This document shows, piece by piece, positions 13,925 to 26,119 of a DNA stretch of 53,087 nucleotides (the first letter of the stretch is position 1; the number at the start of each line of letters is the position of its first letter). Both the position numbers and the translations under genes were made by a program. The stretch lies in the NCBI GenBank assembly GCA_000934665.2, contig JYFJ02002658.1, positions 1 through 53,087 on the forward strand. Direction: 5' to 3'. The stretch comes from Catajapyx aquilonaris. Taxonomy: Eukaryota. The notes under the pieces were generated by a model. It saw only the letters and a program-made list of their open reading frames with translations. It had not been told where the DNA came from and made no database searches.

Positions 13925-16900
13925 GGAAGTTCCGTGGGTGGAATTCAGACTGGAATTATTTTCATGCATCGGATATGCAAAGTGCCCGACATTGGAAATT
14001 TTCACCGAGCTTTGAATTAGGCCCGGAATGAAAAGGTACGTGGGTCACACAGAAGGTCCTCCCGTCACATATGCTCCCTTTGTGAATTTTCATCCCGGTC
14101 GTAATAATTATTGCTTTACGAACCCTATCATGGTGGAAGATAGCTCATCCTAGAAACCTTAACATGAAATATGCGCTTATTGATTTGAAAATATCAGCAG
14201 TAATTTACTACTCAACATGCTGGAATGTAGCCTACTGTAATTGATGCTGCTCAGCATGACACAAAAAATTATGGGACGTATTTTTCTTTCATTACGTGAA
14301 TAATTTGTTGGAAAGTGTCATATTAGTTCGAATGTCACTCACAATGAAAAACGGTATACACTGCGTAACATGCAGAGAGGAAATAATGTCCAAATCGATG
14401 CTTATAGACTCTACTGGATGTTTGCGTCAGGCAGATATATTATTTGCAAGGTAGCCTGTGTTTAGTCCCACCTGCAGTGAACCGGAATAATTACCTGGAC
14501 TGTCCCACAGGATCCCTTGTCTCTGGGAATTTGCTCCAGCTGTGAATTATTATCATCGTTCGAACTCTGCTCCTGTTCTAATAAAAATTCCATCTCTGTG
14601 GTTAACGGACTACGTTTATACGGCCTGCATTCCGTAGCGTGAGTCCTATGCCCGACACCCAATCCGCATCCAGCATTATGACTATGGAAGCTGCACAAAC
14701 GCATAATAAGCCCACGCATATAAGTTCACTGTATAGTCAGCTCGAAAAGCTGAAACGGCCTCACCTTCTAGCTATTACAGCTCCCAGGAGACGTTATCAA
14801 AAGAGAACAAGATCTCCTAAAAGCACGTTAGTGCGACTTGGAGTTCATCACGTTCTTAACAGAGATCCACTGAGTTCATTTGGGCAATTAGCAAGGTTTC
14901 GACTAATGAAGAAAAATTTCGCGTCAAAGGCACATCTTACGCTGAACATCAATACTAGTAATGATGGAATATTTTTCTTTGGAATTGACTGTCACCCAAA
15001 GATTAATTATGTACCAGTATTTCCTTCTTTCTCCTATACCTTGTTAAGCATTAATTTTGAAGGAGCTGATCATTCACATCAGACTGCAAAAGGTATAATA
15101 GGCCATATTTCAAGTACCCTTCTTGTTTCCGATATAATAAACTGGGCATTATGACTTATGATAAGACAAGGATGCCATTGAAAATCTGAACAGATTTTCG
15201 GCTTATTCATTCGTGCTGTTGATAATAACACGTATAGTATAGTTAACTTTCTTGAAACTATGTGATATATTTTAGGTTCACCATAACACCATCCACCCGA
15301 AATAAGCCACAGCTGCACCAAAGGAACCTCAGATAAGTACTCATCAGCAGCTGGGGAAACGGGGCCCAAGTACAAACAAACCAACGTAGGAATCAGAGAA
15401 AGCGCCAGAGGAAGGGAAGGCAACAATTGGCACGAGTCAGACCTGAATGTTTCCTCTATCTTATTTGCCATCCACACTGTTTCATTACACGAATGCACCA
15501 TCTTTACGGAAGCAATATTATTTTGTTGCAGTCCTACACAAGTTGTATTAGTAATAACCAGAAGATTAATTTTATGATGAAATAATGGATCTGTCTCATA
15601 TCTCACGTTTTGAATGTATCGTATTGGGATATTAAAAAGTACATTTCAAATATGTACAAAGGAAATATTATGTCTCAGTCAGTGTTACACTCACTATGAA
15701 TAATACTCGCATAAAATGTGACTGGTTATGCCAAATATACGTAGTACGGTAAGAACCGAACTACAGAAAAGAACCAGCTCAGTTGTACTGACGCAGGCTG
15801 CAGGTATATGAATATTATAACGGTATAAAAAAATAATGCAGGGTTGTAATCACTTTTCATCGGAGTGTCCTTCAATTATTATTCTTTAGAAGCACAAAGG
15901 CGGTGAATGCAGTGCGTAGCCTAATTCATGTTAATATGCAACACTTTCAGCTCTATACAAATGTAACTTTTATGTGGTTTTGCTCTTTGGTCATAAAGTT
16001 ACTGTATAGGCTAGTGCTGGTTTTCAATGCGCCATTTCAAAATTTTACCACAGTTTACGCAACATTTCTGCCGACTGCTGCATTAGAAAACACTTTATTT
16101 TCCCGCATGAAGAGTAAACAACACTCAAAATTCGAAAAACGATGACGCATCTAATTATGTTGGTTTCGTATAATAAACCTCTGCGCATCGCTTTGAGCAG
16201 CAATTTCACAATGGCTTTTTTTTCCTAATTTGACGGTTTTTAACGAAGCAAAAACGTGAAATACTGTACAAGCAAGCCTATGTTTTTCATTACATCAGCA
16301 ACATTCTTAGGCCTGTTGACTCGGGCATTTTTGTAAATTGCCCCCCTTCATTCCACCAAAGTAGGAAAGCAGCTGCCTCTTTGGGCTGACGAGCAAGTGC
16401 AGTGGCATTAGACACCAGAAGGACCTAACTTAATATTTGCCGTGTCTAACATGCAGGGTACTTAACGAGTTAAGCTCATAATGACTCTTCGAGGCCAGGA
16501 CTACATCCCCAATAGTGTCAAGCTAATACTGTGTGGAGAAAGGACCATAAAATGTCAAAGGTTGTCAGAATTTCATATTGATTCAGATNGACCCCTTTCA
16601 ACTATAGTAAAAGGGAATCGCAAATGCAGTCGAGCGACGCATTACGATCTCATTAATTTACATGCTGACCTTTAATCACATCATCCTTACCAAGTCACTC
16701 CAGTCAAATTGGGCTTAACAAAATCGTTTAGCAAAAATGGCCTCCTACAGTGTTCCTCTCGGACTGCAATGATATCCCCACTTGAATATCCAGAGTAAAT
16801 ATAGATTTCTCTCATTCAAACTTTCAGTTTAGGAGGAAGATTGATGAGCCACGTGTTGTGAGAAAGGCAATACATGAGAGTTGGAGGTATAGTAATTTAT

Positions 16901-16939
16901 AAGGGACAGTGATGAACAGCCGAGAGATGCTTCCCACCA

Positions 16940-16986
16940 CCCTTTTCCTAGTCCGTCGTAACGAAGACAGACTAGGGAAAAAAGGG
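16940..16986. repeat. Imperfect hairpin
   Basis: CCCTTTTCCTAGTCCGTC ... GACAGACTAGGGAAAAAAGGG. Confidence 0.5.
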
Positions 16987-18019
16987 AACGTGGTTCAATA
17001 CATCAGCATACAAGTTACTCGGTATGCCTGCTGGTGTGAAAATGAAAGTTTGCATGTAGGCACGTAATCATTTTGCATTGTTTAAACGAGCGTTTTAAAT
17101 GTCATTTACATTACTTACATTGAAAGTAGCAGGTTGTGGATCACAACTGCATCGAAGAAACACTGTAGAAAAGTAGTGGTTTTTGAAATTGCTTAAAAAT
17201 ATTTTTTGAGACAATATATTATAGTTGAATTGCGTCCTGCTACATGTTTAACTAAAGTGGCGTGGCATTCGAGACTTATTCTCTGCATATGTTACGCAAC
17301 TCTAGAACCTATAGATGAAATAATGCCGCGCACAATTTCTGTAGGAAACCTTTCATATCTGAGAGCAGTCAGGAACTGGAAAACATGTTTGTGAATGCAT
17401 TGATATTCTAATAAACAATTATTTTTCGCGCCAAATGAAGCCAAATAAGAACCAAATGAGTTGAAATGAAGAGAGTATATGTGGAAGTTCATAATAGTAG
17501 TTGAATCACCCCTTTTTCACAGTTACAACTTTATTTTCAAAAGAGCAATTTAGAGTCAAACAATTAGATGAGAAGCCCTTTGCACTACCCACCTCAACTC
17601 AGATCCTGATCGGAAATGAGTGGGCTTTATAATTATTACATCAGGTCTAGGAAGGTCAGTGCTAAATGCATTTCAATGCCATGGCCAAAAAGATTTCCTT
17701 CCTAAAGTGGGCGTTATTATTCTCTTGGAAGTCCAACAGAGCCCGCTTATTCTACTGAAAGCTCCCTCTGACAGAATCAAGTCCTTTCATGTTGCTTAAC
17801 GCTGGGCCATTCATTTTAGCTTTGCAGTTTGATCTAGCAGACAGGCTTTGATGCATTGTACATATGTGACCACCATAAATCTATGTAAAGGTAGTTACTG
17901 ACAAATAATTTTCCGCCCAAGTTAACCGTGTCCCATAGCTTATTCATTACAGGGGCTTTTGTCGCTCTTAAAATAGTGTAAAACAAATTATCCCGAAATT
18001 TCTCTGTAATGTCTCTAAG

Positions 18020-18131
18020 GGCCGGTTGTATGAACATGAGTTAATATAAGGTTAATTATGGAGTTAGTCTATATGAAAACAACGCCTTACTCCGTAGTTA
18101 ACGTTAACCCTTGTCGTTCATACAACTGGCC
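18020..18131. mobile_element. Small MITE, PIF/Harbinger-like termini
   Basis: GGCCGGTTGTATGAAC (18020-18035) and GTTCATACAACTGGCC (18116-18131) match 15/16 as inverted repeats. TAA lies just left and GTTAA motifs recur inside. The right TSD is not clean. Confidence 0.6.
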
Positions 18132-21100
18132 ATTCATTGCCTAAAACATGGATAACTATATTATTTTCCAGCCGAAAAGTTTGTTACTCGTACTGTACGA
18201 ATCGGTACGAATGCGATGATGTATTGGTATTTCAAAAATAATGCTAATAATATTTACCATCAACTCATACTGTCAGGTTATTATTTATTTACCATTTGGA
18301 ATCATTAAAGTTTCAAGTTGGTTTATAATATGCCTCCCCACACAATAATAAAGTTTTCCTCTAATCAAAATGTGACAAAGCATGCTAAATTACAAAAATT
18401 ACGTCAAGAGGATGAAGAAACTTGCATCTCTTTTCAGAATCAAGGTCGATATTTCTTCCAATACGAATTTGTACTCTGAAACGGCCTATATATCAACCTA
18501 CGCAGTTACATCTGAAATCAAATTAAAAGTGTCGAGCATACAAAACTACTCAAGTATGAAAAGCTCTCTGGAGCCAAAGTTGGACTTAATCAGATATACG
18601 ATGGCATAACGATTTTATATTCCACATTCCACATGGTAATCCTAAGGCGCCAATGTCCATTCCAGAAAAAAATCCAAGGACGGAACACGTATCATGTAAT
18701 CCCATAACCATCATCCTAAAGAGCGTTACATCACAGTGCAGGAAGTCCTCTAGTTTGGCGTCCATCACAGCAGAGACCTTGACAACTAATCCCTCATCAT
18801 AACTCTCCCAATTACTAAAACGCCACAGCATGATTTATGAGCTCCCTGGGCGTGAACCTTCCTTTCCTCATCGACAGATCCACCATAGCAACTGCATCGC
18901 CCGATATTTCCAAAAGCGAATATCAAGACCTAGTCTGATATGGCGCCGCTTCTATCTGAGAGGAAGCTTGGAATTTGCATTCAACTTTGAGCCCTCGGCT
19001 GCAATGCAATGACGATCGATGTTGGGCTCCCTAGCACACATCCTGACCCTCGACCATACCTGGAAAAAAAAGGGTGGCATAAAATATATTCTGGTGACCG
19101 CACACTACGAATAATAAATTTAATGACCTCGACCCGCCGGAACATCCCTGGACACCAATTCGTCACGTGCCATTAGGAAGAGCATGACACGAAAAAAACA
19201 CCGGAGCAGAGAGCACTATTTATTGCACTTAAAACATCAAGTATGGTATATGAGCAACTATCTATACGGTGTACTTCATAACGAGGCAGAACATGACCGT
19301 TATTAATCATCAGTAATAATGCACTGGCTGCTGTACATTACATACAGTCGACAGGCAAATGAGCTCACAACAACTGTAATATATCACTGCTGGTTGTAAT
19401 ATTTGCGACACACAACCCCGTGTCAACACATCTCGTGTCTTCAATATTATGGCCCCAGAATTGTCTATTTCTCTGCCATTAGCATTGAATCAAATTACTC
19501 AAGTTGGAGAGAATCTGTTGTGAAACCGATTGTTCTGGGTACTAATGGATGCCGAATAAATTAATTCTAATGCATCTAGCACTCTAGTTAAGTTGGTATG
19601 GACACTAACGAACTATCGGAGAAGTGAAATGAGCCCAGGGGACAGAACCGAATAAAGGTCAGAGTTGACACCGCATTAACCTACATCCACTTTGAAAACT
19701 GAATTACACCAACTTTTTTTTCACCTGCCCTTCGACCAGGAAGTGGCAAGTTAGGTCTCAAAAATCGACACGATATATTTGGCCGATAGTGTTTTATGTG
19801 TACTTAGCACAAATACGTCGCCATAAAATCACATTCAGACCGATCTCCATCCAAAAATATCTTCGGGCTGTAAACCTCTTGAAAAAGGAAGTGGAAATAA
19901 CTGCACCCAAAACTTTGCTTGCAGTTCACATAAAGAAGCTGTAGATGGCCGTTAAAGGTGTAGGAAGAAGGCAATGTGGCGAAATAAATTCGGACCCAGA
20001 GCGAGGCAATAACTCCGGATCGGGCTTCGTTTATCATCCTCTGCGACTTATCTGGTCAGTGACATCCATGGCTTCTTAGGGGGGGGGGATCTTTTTCTAA
20101 GATTTCTCTACGACGCTGTTACAAGCGAACACTTTCACGCGATGCACTCTAGGAAATAGGAAACTGATGAACATTGCTCTATTTTCTCGGGAGCACTATT
20201 TCACATTAGAAAATGCATTAGGATAATAAAAGTGACAGACTGTAAATTTGTTATAAAATTGCAAGCTGCTTCGTATAGGAAGAGGTCTATTGAATTTCAT
20301 TGTAAATATTGGGCGCCTTGGTGGAAGAGCCCGCCTTCTATGTAAATTAAGTATGTTCTATTCCAAACTTTATACAGTATGGAAATATTGCTCTAGCAAA
20401 TCATTAGAATAACGTACTACTGAGATGATGTATGGAAAAATTTCCATCTACCAGTACTTCATTAAAATTCAATGCAATTAATCCACAGTGATTAACCATA
20501 TCGTTTTAAAGAACACTGTTTATTTCAAAATTTCTACGGCATTTGTAATAAAATGAGGAAGTGCACTGTCAATTAGGGAATATACAGCTGTCCCTTATCT
20601 AGGCAATAAACTCCGATGCAATGAATCAAGTCGTGCAGGGAATAGTAAATGTCAGTTACTACCACTATTGCGCCAAACAGCAACAAGTGGAGTGCATGGG
20701 AAAATTGCAGTTTAACGCGATCTAATTGGCACGTACTTTTCATCAGCGAGTATGATATTTCCTTAACTGCCTTATTAATGTAAATGTTCTCATGTTTCAT
20801 TAATTCAATCACCTCGTATTTTTGTAATTGGACAATAACACTAGGCCTCTCTGTTGTAAGCGATTATGTAAATTGGCGTTGTAACTGCTGTGCCAAATAA
20901 ACCAGCTACCTCTGCTGATTAATGCGTTATCCTGTCACGACACAAGTGTACAGAATTTTGAAAACTCTGCTGCGTATTTAATGCTGCGCATGTAACGAAT
21001 GAGGCCATTAATATTTAATTCTAATTGTCTCCTAAACATGTTCACGATATGAGTGAGAAGTACTAAATTAAATAAATAGAAATGATATGCAAATTTAATT

Positions 21101-21954
21101 TAACACACTGTGATGCTGTACACTTGATGTTAAAAAGGATCATGGCAATTTGTGGGTTTAGGAGTCAGTTCAGGTTTTAAATGGCAAATATCTGTCATCA
21201 TCAGCATTAAGTGACAAGAATGGATGCTCATTATCGGGCAGGTCATTACGAGAGAGCGTGCTTAACATTGCAAGAACTCCCATTCCTTCTCAGACGAACA
21301 ATTTGTCTCAACGCATTAAGGTCTTAAGGTAAATCACCCCATCGGGGCTGACCTGAACTGGGTTTGAACTTCTCTATCTCTGCACAGAGGACTTCCGGAG
21401 AATCGATATTTTGGTCGGACCAGCTTCGTTTGCACTAATTAATTTTCTGAACTTGGGACAATAAACTAATGCTAAATGTCATGATATGTGCAAATAATAA
21501 GGACAAACATTCCGTGGCGTAGTTGATGCAAATAGAATTTTGACCACTCCCATGACAATAGGGTCAGAAACCCTTGAAGTTGCAAGCTCTTTGTGCCGTA
21601 TTATAATGTAAACGGAGCGAGATTCAACGGCAAATGCGTCAGCCACGAAGAGGCAGGGCCAATGTACTACACAATACAAGAATTTGGGACTATGCCATTC
21701 TTGCAGTCTAATTAGAAAAGTTTTCAGTCTTTTCCCCATTCACTTTGAAGAAGAGAGCTGGTCCAAATCTCATAACCTTAATTAGTCCAGACTTTTTGGG
21801 CGTCAATGCGACAATCCTTAGAGGTTATTAAACTTCCAGACATTTTTTTCGTACAGTTTGTAGCAGAATTAGCAAGGTTATGCCATTGTACAGAGGAATA
21901 CAATAATTGTGTCATATGTAATATGTAGATCCTAATCACTGTAAAAAAGCTGAG

Positions 21955-22085
21955 TTTTTTTTTTTTGTATCCCGTTATAGGGCCATAGGCCCTTATAGGG
22001 GAGTGGGACACCACCATTTTTCGTTCGATTTTCTATATATTTTTCTTCCAACTCCGGTGCAAGGACGAAAGGACATGGGGTAAGG
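21955..22085 (-). mobile_element. 5'-truncated retroelement (SINE/LINE) 3' tail with poly(A), related to the 25683 SINE tail
   Basis: A T12 run on + is followed by sequence alignable to 25683-25810: ACCACCATTTTT is shared, CTCCGGTGCAAGGA matches CTCCAGTGCAGGGA, and the same two hairpins are present. Confidence 0.6.
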
Positions 22086-23165
22086 ATAAGTATGAGTAAG
22101 TTATATCTAAATATATTACCAAAAAGCTGTTGGTAGAGTGAGCTCCAATAAAGCTTATGTATTGTGTAGATTAGTAAAGATTATGAACAATAATACCGTA
22201 TCGTTGGAGGCTCACTTTCCTTACTTTTTGACCGTAATAGTAGGCCTACTGTACATTGCATTAAGTCAGTGTTTTTATGTTTACGAGATTACCTGTTCTA
22301 TACTTTCCTGCTCTTTCCTTTTTTTGCCACGTTCGGACCATTTACTAAAGATACAGCAACCAGTAAGCAAGCCTATACATTACACAGTAGCCTACTGTAA
22401 CGTTTTATCACTTTACGCACTATGAACTTTGGTATCCAATTCCTCAATTTTTTCAAGGCTAAACCTCTCACTTTTTCAGGTATAAGATTGCCTACTGCGG
22501 CGTAGGAAACCCCGGATAAGGCGAACAAAGCGACCAGTCCCAGCGATAAAATATTGTTTGGGTCGGTAAAATAAGGATTTTTATAAAATGTTGAATCAGC
22601 TTTGCTATCACAGCCATATCAGGGGGTAATTTCTCGGTTTCTACATTACGATGTAATTACTTACATGCGAATTTATTGCACGAAGCCATTCCTTGGATAT
22701 GAAAAAGAGAAGAACATCAAATAATACTGATCACTATGTCGCACTCCTATATTTTTACTATGGTGCACGGTTGACCAAGCAAAGTAAGAGAAAAGTCGCA
22801 GCATTATTGTTTACATAACAGCATGTTTTTTTCAACATAAAAATACAAGCTGTGATAGATCTATTTGGGCCATCAGGCGCAGTTTATTATTATCAATTTT
22901 GATTGTTTTTCAGTATTAAGGGTATATTCCGTGGTTGATCCTCGATGACCGCCAACGAGAAAATAGATAAATCCGCTACCCTATCTGTGGACGTTGCTCT
23001 GGTAGAAAACAAGTGGCCCTTCAATATGGTACAGATATAACTCTTATCAATTTCAAGTGCTTCAGGTGAAAGTATAAAATAACACTGACAATTCTCTTTA
23101 TGCTATAACACACTCGTTTTGTACGGCACTATTACCTATTTTCTCTAGCACCACCAACTTGCATC

Positions 23166-25233
23166 ATGAGGTGGCTACTGGTGGCAGGAGTCGCCATTGT
23201 ACTGGCAGCTGTAGAAAGCAATGTCCTACCCGTAAGACATCCAAAGTGGGGACTGGTCGGTCCTCCTCGTCCCCCAGTGGTCAATGTCAAACTGCCAGGA
23301 GATTCATGGTTTACGCAACAGTTGGACCATTTTGATTCTTCGGAAACAAGGACATGGCTGCAAGTGAGTGATACTGTCATGTGACGAATACAGTTTATTG
23401 TGCCGTACAATAACATTATCACAAACTATTTCAGAGATATTTTGTAAGCCAAGAGTTTTACCAAGATGGAGGTCCAGCTTTCCTTATGATTGGCGGGGAA
23501 GGAGAAGCCTCTGCCTCCTGGATGGCTGGAGGTCAGTGGATTACTCCAGCAGTGAAGCATGGAGCAATGTTATTCCAGTTGGAGCACCGGTATTACGGCG
23601 ATAGTCAGCCAACGTAAGTACCTTTTCTTAAGATGTGCTAATGTCTCTGGCCAATATCAAATTCTGTTACAGACCCTTGACTCAAGATAATTTGAAATAC
23701 CTGAGCAGTGAGCAGGCTTTGAGTGATTTGGCGGCTTTTCAAAAGGCAATGATAAAGCAGTACGGCTTAGGAAGCACAAAATGGATTATTTTTGGTTGCT
23801 CTTATTCTGGCAATTTGGCTGCCTGGTACCGGTACTTGTATCCTGACCTGGCATACGCGTCCATGGCTGGAAGCGCACCGGTTGTTGCAGAAGTTGATTA
23901 CTATCGTGAGTATTTAGAAATCTATCTTAAAGAATAGTGTTAATGACAGTTTATTATTTACAGAATATTACGAAGTGATATCAACATCCTTGGAATCGAT
24001 CAAGCAAGGGTGCGGTTCGCTGGTCGGTCAAGCAATAAAAGCAGTAAACTCGTACATGGGCAGCGACAGTGGGAAAGACTATTTGTCTAAGTTGTTCAAG
24101 TGAGTTTCTTCTTCTTCTTCTTTTGAGCATGTCAAGGACACCGTTTTACCGCATTTTGTTTCAGTACTTGCGAACCACTGTCCTCTCCTGGATATGACTA
24201 TGAAGGGTTCTACAGCGGCCTGGCTCTTCCTTTCGCATTTTACGTGCAATACTATGATAGCACAAGTGACACTTACTGTGACGATATCGTCGATGGACAA
24301 GGAACACCAATCGAAAATTTATCAAATGTGATTTACAAATATCATAAGGGAGGCTGCATGGTCACAGAAAAGAAACAAAAAAGTGGCAGAGTCGAGGGAC
24401 TTGATGGTATATCAATATAATATTAGCATTAAGTAATGGGATTCACGTGGATTACCGATATGAAGTACTGTAGATTCTCTAACCCCATCTACATCGCTCA
24501 AGACTTACACATGTGCTGTTGAGGAAGTTATTTGCCTAACAATGAAGCCCCTTAAAGTACATTACTATCTAGTAACAAGATTGCTATAACCTGAAGGAAT
24601 CCACGTGAATCCCATCATGATCGTGACAATTATCAACACCAGCAGACATGACCTGTATTTTCAGCATGGATGTTTCAAACCTGCAGCGAGTTTGGATATT
24701 TTATGACAGCTGATTCAGACCCAAATAATATATTCAATGGATTTGATCTCGATTATGTTATCTCAGGATGTCGTTACGATTTTGGACCAAAGTAAGTACC
24801 GTACTTCATCCACTAAACTTATACATATTCTAGGAGGATAAGTTTATCAACAAACATAATGCGCCATACTATTTCAGCTATTCCAAAGACAACGTATATC
24901 GTTATGTAAATGCAACTAACAAGTATTACAAAGGCAGGTCAGTGCCCGTAACGAGGGTTGTCTTTCCAAATGGAGCACTTGACCCGTGGGCTGCCCTAGG
25001 TATCAAAACTGATCTCAATCCAGACTCTCCAGCTATAACTATTGAAAGTAAGGCAATATTGTTGTTCTGGTTGTTGTTGTTGAAACCATTATTTACTCTG
25101 AACCTATTCATTGCATGGCATTTTAGATTCTGCTCACTGCGCCATATACGACAACGAAGGAGGGTCAAATCCATCTTTGAATGATGCTCAAGCCAAAGTT
25201 GACGCTTTAATAGATCAATGGCTGAGTGAATAA
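23166..25233 (+). CDS. Secreted serine peptidase family S28 (PRSS16/K12H4.7-like), paralog 1, ~463 aa
   Basis: Exons 23166-23363, 23435-23613, 23673-23905, 23964-24099, 24165-24406, 24665-24791, 24878-25047, 25127-25233. All introns GT-AG; total 1392 nt, open. Signal peptide MRWLLVAGVAIVLAAVES. S28 motifs [41 protein letters not shown] (Ser), QTCSEFGYF, NGALDPW (Asp), SAHC (His). Confidence 0.93.
24436..24615. mobile_element. 180-bp MITE-like insertion in intron 5 of paralog 1
   Basis: Perfect 18-bp IR: ATGGGATTCACGTGGATT (24436-24453) and AATCCACGTGAATCCCAT (24598-24615). This intron is 258 nt versus 63-71 nt in the paralogs, and removing 180 nt leaves 78 nt. Confidence 0.75.
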
Positions 25234-25320
25234 GGATTTCAGAAGAGTTGCGCTGCTTTGATTTTGACGCCAACTTATAAGGCATTTATTAGACATTTCG
25301 TTCATTGCATATTTTGAAGA

Positions 25321-25326
25321 AATAAA
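25321..25326 (+). terminator. Polyadenylation signal, paralog 1
   Basis: AATAAA ~90 nt after the stop codon. Confidence 0.6.
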
Positions 25327-25682
25327 TTAATGAAACATCTCTGCCCATTGGTTTCATTTCCATATTATTAGGACATTATCCTGAACGACGCGCCATTATG
25401 AGAGTGACAGAGTGATAAATGGCTCAGAATCTGCAACTGATTCGACAAGCGTATGTCCTAAAATTGCGCCTTGAACCTCTTATCAGAAAGTCAAATAACG
25501 GCAAGGTAAGGGTCAGATTACGTCAAGGAAATCCCAGCACTTCCATATTATCAGTAAACTTAGAGGAGCAGTATAGGGAAAAATACCTATATGCTAAAAA
25601 TAGCGATACGCAACATCTCCATATTTTTCTCATCACATTACTCATTATCACTGACATGTTTATAGTACTGTACAGTATTTGG

Positions 25683-26119
25683 TTTTTTGTTTTTACCCCA
25701 TTGGAGGGAACGAAGCCCTTTCAGAGGGGTGGATTACCACCATTTTTTCTTACGAATTTTCTTTCGCATTTTTTTCTCTCCAGTGCAGGGATCAGGATAG
25801 GGATTTGTGAGGAGGGGACACTGATGCAAGTGTTGTCTTTATGTTGGGAGTCGTGTGCAGTCCCCCAGGGGGTCAGGTTGCAAGACAACCCCCTAGGTGC
25901 GGGTCAGAAATCCCCCACCGACACTGCACCTCCCCATAGATGGGTCAAGGATAGGAAAGGAAGGGGTCTATTATTTACCGAAGCGACCCCGGAATTTTCC
26001 TGGGAGTACTGTGGGAAACCACAGAAAACCACGGTCAGCATCGCCGGCCCCGGGTCTCGAACCCAGGACCTCCCGATTAGCAGGCGGACGCCTGATTCAC
26101 TCCACCAACCTGCTTCGGT
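25683..26119 (-). mobile_element. tRNA-derived SINE, apparently full length (~435 bp)
   Basis: Minus strand: box A-like TGGTGGAGTGAAT (26107-26095), box B GGTTCGAGACC (26063-26053), then a GGTTTTCTGTGGTTTCCC central block typical of invertebrate SINEs, a GC-rich body and an A-rich tail AAAAACAAAAAA. Confidence 0.85.

Noticed and set aside
14639..15606. Overlapping 171-aa (+) and 175-aa (-) ORFs
   Set aside because: Both have non-ATG starts, and I recognise no family motifs or splice-consistent structure.
16589..16589. Single N base
   Set aside because: An assembly ambiguity or possible gap marker, not a biological feature. Continuity across it is unverified.
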